DNA from: Catajapyx aquilonaris
Lineage: Eukaryota
DNA length: 64,000 nucleotides
NCBI GenBank assembly: GCA_000934665.2
Contig: JYFJ02001448.1
Coordinates: 1 to 64,000 of the forward strand
Direction of reading: 5' to 3'
The notes beneath the pieces were generated by a model, which was not told the origin of the DNA, did not search any database, and worked only from the letters and a program-made list of their open reading frames with translations. This document shows, piece by piece, positions 41,986-52,830 of the stretch (position 1 is its first letter; each line of letters starts with the position of its first letter). Position numbers and translations under genes: made by a program.

Positions 41986-43057
41986 CTCAGGATCATCAAT
42001 ATAGCGCACCATCAAATGGATGCACTACTTCTCAGTGATTACACATGCAAAGTGACGTCAACACTTTTGGCTGCCGTTTGGTAAAAAATATTCATGCTGA
42101 TATTGCACCACATTTAAGCACATTTACTGATGTTTCGTCTTTCTTCTCCCTTGTTCCCATCATAAAATGGAGGGGTGGAATACACAAAGGGTTTACTCGG
42201 AATACAGGAGATAATTCAGAAAAAAGCGTGGCGCAACAATGGATATGTGATAAGAAATGGGCCCCTTCCTAGGATTAAACAGAATCAACTACATTGTTCT
42301 ACCAACATTGTTTATCCTCATAATATATCCTCCAGAAAAATTGCGAGTAATTTTTTACGCCCCCTCAATCAGGTAACTGTCGTGTTCTTGCATGCTGATT
42401 TCTATTATCGGCACCGCGATGACGTCCCAATATGTACTCTTACGCCGGAGTATATATTACCGGTGAATAGTTTGGTCACGAAAGGGCGTTCCGGTTTCTG
42501 ATCTATTCCAAACCGAGACCTCGAAGTTACTTCAACTTTCCCAAGTCCAGGCTCGGTACTGCCCGACTTCGAAGGTTCGGTTTTAAGGTGACGTCATATT
42601 AGACTTTCTCAGCCAGACTTCCCCCTTCCTATACAACGCGATCCTGATCGCGTTGTATAGGAAGGGGGAAGTCTGGCTGATATGAAGGCATCATCTGTAC
42701 TTCTGTAGGTCAGCTTCGCTTCCCCGGCACTAAACCAAACCCGGCCCAATATAAACGTCCAAACCCCAAGTATTAACTCATGCACCTTATTACGTGGCCA
42801 CTGTGAATACACGCCATCTACTTCTGGCGGTTCAACCTGAGCCCTACTTCCCTTCCTTTTTGACACATCAGCGGTTTTGGGCCCAGCCCAATTCTTGCCA
42901 GATGGAACTAGTTAGTCAACCTGCTTCAAACGCGTCTTATCGTCCGCGTCCTTGTTCGGTTTCTCTCTCCTTGACTTCTCAGACTGCCATCAAGACCATC
43001 TCTGACCCCACAAAATCTCTCTTCAATACCATTCTATTCGACCTGGACCAACCTGAC

Positions 43058-43063
<6 letters not shown>

Positions 43064-43102
<39 letters not shown>
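43064..43102. repeat. (CT)n microsatellite, about 19 units
   Basis: Direct reading. Confidence 0.95.
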
Positions 43103-43104
<2 letters not shown>

Positions 43105-46100
43105 AGTGCTCACTGGAGCTTGGAAATACTTTCACATGCAATTACGTCTAGACATCCCGAAGGACCGTCGTTATTCCGCCTACCCGACAATTATTAACTG
43201 CCAGCGATAAAGGCAATCCACCCTCATCTACACTATCAACAGCATGGTGGGTTCATGCACTCGGATCGCGCTCTCAAAAATCGGAATTCCGAGCACATGT
43301 ACCCAAAAACACTCACATACCCACAGGGCACGAGGGAGTGACCTTGGTGGGTTCATCATGGCAACGGGCGGGACACAAAAAAATGAAACCGGGGAGAGGA
43401 GGGAGGTCTCTGGATATCCCGCCAACTTTTTTTTTCCGCTCATTTCTCTCGAGCCTCTCACGGCAGGGACAGGAACACCAAAAAGACCTGGCGGGCTTTC
43501 GAGTCTCTTTCTCAACATTACAACCCCAAAAACGGACCGCACTGCAAATTATACACGGCTAGACAAGAGCAATGCACGGTGAATGAATTATTTACGCCCC
43601 CTCTTCAAACCATCGCTTTAAAAAAAAATCACGTTAATATTCCTGTACACGGCAGGATTGGAGGACGGAAGTCGTTAACATTCGCCTGCATTACACGAAT
43701 TTTAAAATAAGCCGCATGGTGCACATCTCCACGTGTCGCCAAGTCACCCTGGCCCCGGTAAGGTGTATACCGCCTTTGTCAACAAAAACACAGCCCGGTA
43801 CCGGCCAGGAATAAAGCCAAAAAAGAAAAACCTGTTCCCCTAATTACGCCCCGCCCTGTCACACTCTGCTACTCCTATAAAACGGGTAAAACTACGCCAC
43901 TCGGCAATATGAGATTGCGTGCGAGTCCGCCGCATGGAAATATTGAATAGAGCCAACATGATGCTCTGCGACTCAAAAATACGGAGCTGTGAGCGGTTAG
44001 GAGGGAAAATGTGCCTGGAAAGAAAGGCTGGGGAAGGGGGGAACGCAGCAACCCCCACCCTGTCCGCCCATCCACGTACCTACATAAATTCCTGGGCGGG
44101 TATGAAAAGGAGTCTTTGTTCGGTTCAGCCAAGATGCGGGTATATACGTTGAGTGACCCAGGGGTCGGGAAGAGCCCCGCCTAGTGTGTATACGCTTCCA
44201 CCTATAAAACAGGCAAGCCACCAATTAGGCCTATTTACGACAACAGACCTTCGCTGCACTCGTGTGCGGCTGGTTGGGAATACATTTTGAGTCTTCCAGA
44301 AAAGCTCAAATTACTCCAATGCCCAAGACGCGGATAATGGCGAGCAGAGATTTGGAACCTGTTCCCGAAACCCTTCCACCACTTGGCAAAAAGTGACCGG
44401 TGCTGACCCCTCAGAGCAGTGAACCCTCCCTACAGCCCACCCCCGCTCCCTTCCATGCGCCGGCCAGGCAGGAAGATTACACACACAAAAAACGACCTTT
44501 TAAAAAATGGTCGCATACAAATCCGCCGTCCGGCCATTGCATACACCGAGCACGTACCCTCCCTAGTGCTTGTCTCCGCTGTGCACTGCAATACCCCCAG
44601 CCGGAAATGCGTTCGGGAACGAATATTCCGCAACCTGTGCATCGCCCCTGCACCTGTTGGACACATTGCAACAATCCCGCTCATACTCTTTCCCCTGGCC
44701 GAAAAGCCCGCCTAGCAACAAAGGCAGCCCACGGCCGTTACGTGACGCTGGAGGGTGGGCAGTGGGGTGGCATACTCCCCACCCTCACGTTCTCTCCCTA
44801 CCTTTTCCCCCCCTCCCCTCTCTATACCGGTCAATATGTGGAGAAAGTCGAAGGTGGGGGTGCATATTATGGACTGCAGTTCTCATGTCAGCGCGAATAG
44901 GTGGCAACAATGCGCCGGGTTACATATTATTCTATTTTCCGCCGCAAAAAATATATTTTTTCCGTCGTGGGTTTCCCTCTATTGGCTGTCGTTATGCAAC
45001 AAGGAGGCTGACACGAAAGGGAGCCCTTGCATTGTAGCTTCCGGATGGCTCTTGACTGGAATGAAATAACTCCCATTGCGCAGTTGCCCACACCTATTAG
45101 CTAATTAGTCATTACACGTGTTGTTGGCCTTTTTGCCCTTGCACAACCCGGCGTGTAATGAAATCTGCCCCTAGTGAAACTTGTCCATGAAAATACGATT
45201 CCTGCACGCAGTGCCGTACATGTCGTGCACAAGTTGGGGGGGGGGGGGGGGGNTGCCCTCTTGCATTTCTATATGCAAGGGAACCGGCGCAACACACAAA
45301 AAAATCAACCTGACTCATCTACGGGTTTCTGCTCTGCCTTACTTCATATCAAAAAAGCTACGGCTGCCGCCACGTTCTTTTTTATATAGAGCCGGCAGCA
45401 TTTGGACGTGCCGTGCCGTTTGGTTTGACCGAGCATCTCTCACGCAACATACATGAAGCTTGGGACTACGGTATATTATTACATGGTTTGGGAAAATGGT
45501 TGAAGGGAGCCAACCAGCCAACGGCCATGCTGCAGTTTTCATTCGCCGATACTGTACACACGGGCCTGTACCTTTCTAATTTCCATGCGCTGTGACCCGA
45601 GACGGTCTGGTTGTTTGGGTCACCTCCCTGTGCTGCAGCTCTCTACAATAGCATCGCATCGCATAAAAGGGTCCGTGAATCACGGCTTGCGGACTCAACA
45701 CGGAAATATACCTAATTACGATCCCTTTCTTTTTTTTCTCTCTCCCCCTACCCCCCACTTACTCAACCCCCTACTCCATACCCAAGATCCAAACCACACC
45801 GGGAGTTTCCATGTTTTTCTGAAACACACGTGGTCTGACGCTCGTCGCCGGTGACGTCACGCTCCGGTTGGAAACATCCAATCCGTTGCAAGACCTTTTC
45901 ATATTATGGACGTGGAAGTGGAACGAAATGGATGGTGCCTCGGGAGGAAAGGCAAAATCTCATTCGCCAAGGGCCTCGTAATCAAAATGATTACCTACGA
46001 TGGTCGTCAGTCGCTCGTCACGACCGATTTCCTGCTGCCATGGCAGGAGTTACAGCAATTCGGTGTGACGATATTGCGGGGGGAGGGGGGGGGGCGGTGA

Positions 46101-48100
46101 ATTGTTAAAAATAACAGTCGGCCATTAGCGGGTGACCATTTGTATAACTTCGGCCACATCCATGTTTGTTAATAGCTCCGGTGCAGCAGGCCACTGCATG
46201 GTCAATAACGGTGCAAAAGCTTTCACTGGCTGCACATGTAGAGCTCTAATAACAGGCGAAAGGGGGGATTATGCGTAATGAAACCCATTATATTATGAGT
46301 AACAGCCTCGTAATAAATTACTAACTTACCAAGGGCAGAGGTGATTGTTTATTATTCGGATAATAAAAAATAAAATGAAACGTTTTGTGATATCTCCCTC
46401 ATCGGGGAAAATTGCAACGGAAAAAAGTTGTCCCGACAGGTTTCAAAGTTCCGCAATATTGACAATTTACTCATTAGTTAGTCCCCAGTGGTGACTTGCA
46501 GCTTATAACCGCTTTGGGCTGTTATCAATCAAACGAAGCAGTCCGCTTCACCAAGGACAAATAGGTTATCAATCACGCCACAGCCTTTTCTACCGTCGAA
46601 TAGAATGTTGAATTGAGCTTAAGAGGCCAGGACGGCAGGACCGGTACCTTTTTTCTTACAGGAGCAGTCAGCCATGGACATGTATGGTCCAAGCATCGTC
46701 CACAGCTGCAAATCTGCATTCACATGATCACGTAAAAGAGCCAGGTTGAAAGCCCATCACATGTGTGCGTGAGCGACCAGCTCTAGCCTAACACTAGTGC
46801 CTCTTCAGCAAACCCTCCCGGCCACGTTCAATCACCATTGACACAGGGTATTTCAGTACTTTTTAAAAACCCCTCTTAAATGCAAGTGAACAGCATTTCC
46901 GAGCCAGCAGGCAGTACATGTGGATCATGATGTGTGCGGCCTTCCTTCCTCCCACTATACACACGCAGAACATTGGTCTCTTTGGCCTTTTCTGAGTGGC
47001 TGACATGCAGCAGGCTTGCCGAAGGAGAAGCCTCCACTCAAGGGTGTAAGCTCATTTATCTGCCAGAAGCGACCAACTTCCTTCTCCCAAAGGGCCGTGG
47101 CTGGTATATCTAACTACACTGTTTGCTATGCAGCAGCTCCCAATGTCGTGCCTACCCCCCCCCCCCCACCTGCTTCCTGCCAGTTGCAAATATTCTGCAA
47201 AACCCGGCTACACCCAGTCATTTGTCGTGTCGAGTGACGACAGTCCGTGGAAGAGAGGCCCCGATCTATTGACGGCTTGGTGGCAACAAAAGAGCCTCCT
47301 TCCTCCTCCTCCTCTGCCCGACCATTGCGGTATTGATGCGAGGCGCACACATTTTCAAGCCCCCACAAAGTCAGCGGCAATGGATCCCCTGCCGTGCGCG
47401 CGCTACGCCCAATTATTATCGAGAGGTGGATAAAGATGCCCTCTGCCTGACCTCACCCTGGATACTGCCATTATGTATGTGATCAGCCCGATGCTTCGAC
47501 CTGCAGCACATGCAACACGTCCGTCCACCCAATATGCTGCTTGCAATGCACGCTTCCTGATCAAAGGTCCTGCTCACTGGAATACCTAATGTCTCGCCTG
47601 CATCGCTGTACCTTGAGCCCATGCTGACGTGTCAGAGGGGGCACTCGACACAAAAGGCAGACATCTTATCTGAAAGGGGGGGGGGGGGTTGTCATCCCTT
47701 GCGGTACATCGGATCGGATGATTCGGCGGCAGATTCCTTATCGCCCCACTCGGTCATCCCAATCTGGACGTATTCACAGCACCCACACCAACTTTCAAAA
47801 CAAAAAACAAAAAAACCATGCGCCTATGAGCCAGCCTCGAGTGCGCTGTGCACGGCTGTGCATGTGATTGTTTATTGACATTGCCGAGATAACGGCAAAG
47901 AAGGAGGTCAACAATTCAAGTCTACCTCACAAAAATGCTCCGCGCCTTTTGGGCGGAACTAGTTGCTGGCGATGATAGTGCGCCCTTCCAAAAACCCTGG
48001 TCCAATTTAGCCACACCTATTAATAACCCCAACCAGATGTCACTCTCCCAACATGCAGCAGAAAGCCCCCAAATGGAGTAGAAAAAAATGAGTTTCTTAC

Positions 48101-48130
48101 CTATTCTTCTCCAGCTCATTGTGGGTGGTT
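48101..48130 (-). CDS. Mxi1: Mad/Mxi1 coding exon 3: 30-nt microexon encoding the basic DNA-binding region
   Basis: tttttatag|A ACC ACC CAC AAT GAG CTG GAG AAG AAT AG|gtaaga gives (R)TTHNELEKN(R), the His-Glu-Arg E-box-reading motif. Phase 2 on both sides. Confidence 0.93.
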
Positions 48131-49033
48131 CTATAAAAAAAACAAGAAAAATAAAGTTGGTTTACTTGATGGGCATTGTGCATCATATATTACCTTAACT
48201 CTTAGTCACATCATTGAATAACAATGACACACAAATTCTTTGCCAAGATGCTGTCACCGCAAACAGGCAAGAACCCAGCTGCAGAAGGTTGCCCTTCTTC
48301 CCAAATGTAAGTATTTTTACTTTACAGTGTTACTCAATGTAATCGGCAGCCTGAAGAAAGGTCAGCGTTTAGCAACTACCTAACCTTGGCCAAGGTCCAG
48401 GTCAATGGTGGTTAGAACCACATGTTGGGGATACCATGGAGTGGAAATGATTGTTTGGAGGCCTACACCCAACAGGTTTTCCTCGCTCTTTTTTTTCTCC
48501 CCCTTTATTTCTTTTGACCTGTAGGTGGGGGTTGGGCAAAGGAAAACAGGAGGCATGTCTTGATGCAACAGACTGAATGGCCATTTCGCTACTTCACTCT
48601 ATAAACTTTGCCCTCTCAAGAGATCACTGAACCTGGCCTTATCAGCTTTGGCTGTCACACTTTCGTATCTGCAATCTCAAATCCGTATGCCAGTCCTGCA
48701 GAGTAACGATTAGCTAGCTGCAATAAAAATGCTGACAAAATCTCAAAATGCAGCCCAGGTTAATCCACATCATCAAGTTTCAAGAGTGAAACACAAACTG
48801 AACCTATATCTCCACTACGGGGGCCAATTTCATAAAACTCAAAGATAATCCAAGTCAATCTAGTAATGCATGAAATACATGCACTTTATGCACCTGACTG
48901 TCACATGAGCTTCATAAAACTGTTCCCAGCTTACCGATTGCTATCACATTCCCACCTCACCCACTTTTATAGGTCAGATTATTTATATACGCAGCTGTTA
49001 AGTCATCAGAGAGTTGCAGAACACCTGACTTAC

Positions 49034-49118
49034 CTTCGAGTCTTTTTCGTCTTTGGCCTCTTGGTATTCCTGAGATTATCTGGCATTGGCAGTGATGACG
49101 CGTATCCATGTTCAGCTT
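49034..49118 (-). CDS. Mxi1: Mad/Mxi1 coding exon 2
   Basis: tttcag|AA GCT GAA CAT GGA TAC GCG TCA... gives (E)AEHGYASSLPMPDNLRNTKRPKTKKTR, with the conserved MXD EHGYAS motif. Donor AG|gtaagt, 85 nt. Confidence 0.93.
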
Positions 49119-49803
49119 CTGAAATTTGTAACAATAGGTTAGACAGGTCCTGCCACTCCTGACGGCCATCTACAGATGCTCAACACCCCCAGCACAACAA
49201 TTGAATATGTTCCACACCTGCCTATAAATCATTGCCCCCATCATACACAGTGCCATCCCCACCACCCAAGGCCTGCCATTCCACACTTTCTCCAAAATAA
49301 AAAAGAAGAAAAAAACCCTGGCATGTGCTTGCGTTGGTGAGAATGTTCAACCTGACAAGTGTATGCACACATGTGATGCATTCCCCCACAAAGGGTGCCC
49401 CTGCCATGATACAGCTGGGCCTGCACATCACTCCTGCACCATCCCAGCCGCCATGCCAAAAATTGATTCGCCATGCAGGAACCACCTTTGTGGGCTGCCA
49501 TGTTGGAAACACCCTCCCTCCCTCCCCTCTCTCCACCATTAGCAAAAATTTACTCTCTCCCCCGCAAAAATCAGCAACATAGCAACAGGGCTGGGTGTGG
49601 AAGGGCTGGGAGGAGTCGGCAAGAGGAAGCAGAGGGCAGGGAGTGGACGGGGTGGGGAGGGTGCTGGGCGTCGGCGTGGCGTCGCGGGCGTCCCGGGCGC
49701 CGGTCGACCCCACTGCCTCACACACACACACGCCAAATAATAACTTTAAACTACCACCCACTCCACCCCCTACCCTCTTCAGGGATGGATAAGAGAGCAA
49801 TCA

Positions 49804-49829
49804 ATGATGATGATGATGATGATGATGAT
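49804..49829. repeat. (ATG/CAT)n microsatellite just inside Mad/Mxi1 intron 1
   Basis: atgatgatg... about 8 units, a few nt downstream of the exon 1 donor on the minus strand. Confidence 0.9.
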
Positions 49830-49835
49830 AATTAC

Positions 49836-49890
49836 CTCTTTCTCGCCTCTCCAAGTACTCGGCAGCTTGCAATAGAGCCGCAATGCTCAT
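49836..49890 (-). CDS. Mxi1: Mad/Mxi1 coding exon 1: Sin3-interaction domain (SID)
   Basis: MSIAALLQAAEYLERRER, the LLxAAxYLERRE SID helix. ATG in an ACAATGA context, donor G|gtaatt (phase 1). Confidence 0.94.
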
Positions 49891-50860
49891 TGTACACTCT
49901 CCTTGGTGCGGCGATGACGGTTTTTTCGCCCTGTCACTCTCTGGCTGGCTCTCAACTGGTGACGCGTCGTGGTCTCTTTCTTGTCTGCGTGTGTGCTCGT
50001 GTTGTTGCTGCTTGTTGTAGCCTCTTGATGTTGTTGTTGGTGTTTGTTGTTGTGTGTGCGTGTGGGGAGTGAGTGTGTGTGTGGAGTATGAGGCTGCTGC
50101 AGCTAGCACCGCCCCATAAGCACCTGGATGGGCATGTGTGGACTATGCTGTAGGGCAGGGAGTAGGCAAAGTGCACAGGGCGAAAACGCGTGAGTGAGGT
50201 GCGTGAGTGCGTGACTGGAGGGGTGCAGGGGACCAGAAATGTCACGGGGTCGATCAGGGTGGGCGACGGGGGGCGGCGCTGCTGCTGCTGCTGCTGTGGC
50301 TGCAGGACTGGGGAAGGGCTGGCTGGCAATGGGGGCTAGGACTGGAAGGGTGCTAGCTGGCTGGATGCTGCCGCCGATTGTTGTCGTCTCCTTCGAACAA
50401 CAACAACAACAACGCCGCGTGTGGACGATGGGGGTGGGTGGTGGTGGGTGACGGGGGGTCGTGGGTGGGTCTGGTCCCCTCAGCGGGTCGAGTGTGATGT
50501 ACTGGTATCCTGGCCGCACTCCCTGCCTGCCTCCTTGGTTCCTTCGTTTCCTTGCCTCGCACGAACTGGCACACAGAGGGAGGGTTCGCTGCTGTATTCT
50601 CTTCCTGGCCTGTCGTTCCCTTCCGAGCTTCTCTCTGCTGCGGCTGCTCCTTCTTCTTCTCTCCACCACTTTACTCCTGCTTCTGTTGTCAAACCCACGC
50701 CCCTGCCCAGTGCTCCTCTCTCGGGGCTCACCATTGGTCCACGTCCCGACGACGTCAGATCCACCCGCCTATCCGAGCAGCGCTTGCAACGAGGATTAGG
50801 TTTGAAGCAGCGACATCTGGATCGCGTGGAGTTCATGCTGCGCTCACGGGAGCGGACATC
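49891..50860 (-). promoter_or_regulatory. GC/CpG-rich 5'UTR and proximal promoter of Mad/Mxi1
   Basis: CpG-rich block with (CAG)n, (CAA)n and (CA)n tracts. Minus-strand CCAAT at about 50733-50737 and a CRE-like GACGTCA at 50751-50757. Sharp change to AT-rich sequence after about 50900. Confidence 0.55.
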
Positions 50861-51461
50861 TTTGGTCCTTTTCCCATCTCATACGCACATGTGAGGGGTG
50901 ATAATATAATGCACTCTGATTACTCGCTGGCACAACCAGTGCATACGATCCCAAGTTACGTACAGTATTTGTAATTATCAAATGCGCAAACAAAGTGGTA
51001 TATTTTAATCTATTAGCAGCAGTCTAAGAGAATTAAAAGGTTTACAGGAAGTACGAACTCATTTTTACACTATCGGAATAAAAGTGAAAACTAGGCAGCA
51101 GTTTATATATATATTTTTATTTGAATAAATTACAGATAATACCCTTGGTGCGAGGACTAAGCCTTCTTGCCAGATCCCAGGAGGTGGTCATTTGACCTGG
51201 TCTCGCACATTTCCGACCTCGTGGTTCTTTTTCAGGTGAACTGGTAGCTGGTATGTGGGCGAGCACACCTGCTTAACCGAGATGGTAGATTGCTGCCAAA
51301 ATACCATCCCGAGCATCTTGAATGTAAGTGCACTCACACTTTTGCTCTCCTCTCTCTTACTTGAAAAGAAGTCATCCAAGTTGGAGAAAACGGATGCATG
51401 GAAATAATCTATGACATCCAGCATATAAACATAACAAAGCGAAACGTATTTATAATTCTCA

Positions 51462-52104
51462 CTAGCAGGTTACCCGGCGTTGCCCGGGTATGTTGGGGTG
51501 CTGATAAAGGTATAGGGGTTACATAATATTGTAGTAGGAAGTTTGTAAAATTTGCGTACCATACACTCGAAACTCGATATACACCTTAAAACAGGCCTTA
51601 TACAGTATAAATACAATAAGCCAAAGTTAGTCACTATATGTGATAGATTACCTCCTTGGGTTATAGCATAGTCGATGCAGATAAGCTGATTGGATGTGTA
51701 AAAAGAGGAATGCGGATAGAGTTGGACCAGGAAAAGACTGCACAGCCATGTGCTTTTCCCCAAAATTTGTGACCAATTGACCCCCCAACCCCACCTCACA
51801 CCCCCACCTCGTTCTATATGTTTGCCATGGAGAAGTTTAGAAATGTATACGTACAGACGCATGGTGGGTAATTTTGTTTTCAACACTGTGAATAATTATT
51901 GTAAATACTGTTTTTCTCTTTTTGGTATATTTTATTTATACCTGGAAGTCTTCTTTCAAATCTCACAAAATCTCGGAATGACACAATACGAACTCACGTG
52001 TGGTGGGACTGGTGGCCAATATATTAGTGTAATTGGCGGATGCGTTGAATTTACGGCGATGGCACGTGTAAAAAAGAGAGGCGCACGATATATAAAAATA
52101 ATGA
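51462..52104 (-). mobile_element. Non-autonomous Helitron (about 640 bp)
   Basis: Minus-strand 3' end has the hairpin TACCCGG-GCAACG-CCGGGTA (51471-51490) a few nt before a terminal CTAG followed by T. The candidate 5' end A|TCATTATTTTTATATA at 52104 gives the A/T target site with no TSD. The 5' end is less certain. Confidence 0.75.
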
Positions 52105-52489
52105 TGGTTTCATCTTTCATTTGCTAGATTTGTAGCGTAAGGGCATTTCCATGGTATTATTGAGACCTTGGAAAAAGAGTAACATATTGTTGCTAGTTTT
52201 TGATGTTGATATAATGTTAATTGTTGAGGCCCGAGTAGTGAGAAGATTCGGGAATATGCGTGTTGTGGGAGTTAGGTTCATTTTCGGGATCTGAATCATG
52301 CGGCGTTAAATTACTCGAAAAATGTAATCCCTGATGAGCTAGTTTAAAGCGGTGTAGGGGCGTTCCCTGGATTTTTATATAAGGGACAAACAAACTCACA
52401 TCCTTATATAGATAACTACTCCCGAAAATATGCACAGTTGCGTAAATGATTGCCCAAAGCGGCCTGCCATAAAACAATTCGGATATATC

Positions 52490-52830
52490 CTGGCTTCCCA
52501 CTTCACGTCACCATTTTAGCCTCAGCTGGCACAAACAATAAGCGGTATAAAAGCAGAGCAGGGCTGCACCTGGTGCAAAATGACCTACGTCACCTGCTGC
52601 AAAGAAAAAGTCTGCATTGTTCTTCCCAATGGTTACACAACGTCACAACTACAAGCCATAACCCCCCGCTCTATCCCTTGCAACCACGGTGCAGGCAGAC
52701 AGGCAGTCATGTGCTACACACACACATACACACTGTGAGACCCAAAATGGCGTCCTCGAATGTGCCTACCCCAACCCCTTCCATCTGGTTGTGGGGCTGT
52801 TCCAGGTCACGTGAATCTCATGCCGCCCTT
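52490..52830. promoter_or_regulatory. Motif-dense promoter/enhancer-like island upstream of Mad/Mxi1
   Basis: Within about 330 bp: TCACGTCA (52503), TATAAAA (52546), TGACCTACGTCA (52581), CCAAT (52626), YY1-type AAAATGGCG (52744) and E-box GTCACGTGA (52806-52814). Confidence 0.45.

Noticed and set aside
49801..49835. Poly-His tail in ORF 49801-50109
   Set aside because: Read-through into an intronic (CAT)n microsatellite past the exon 1 donor.
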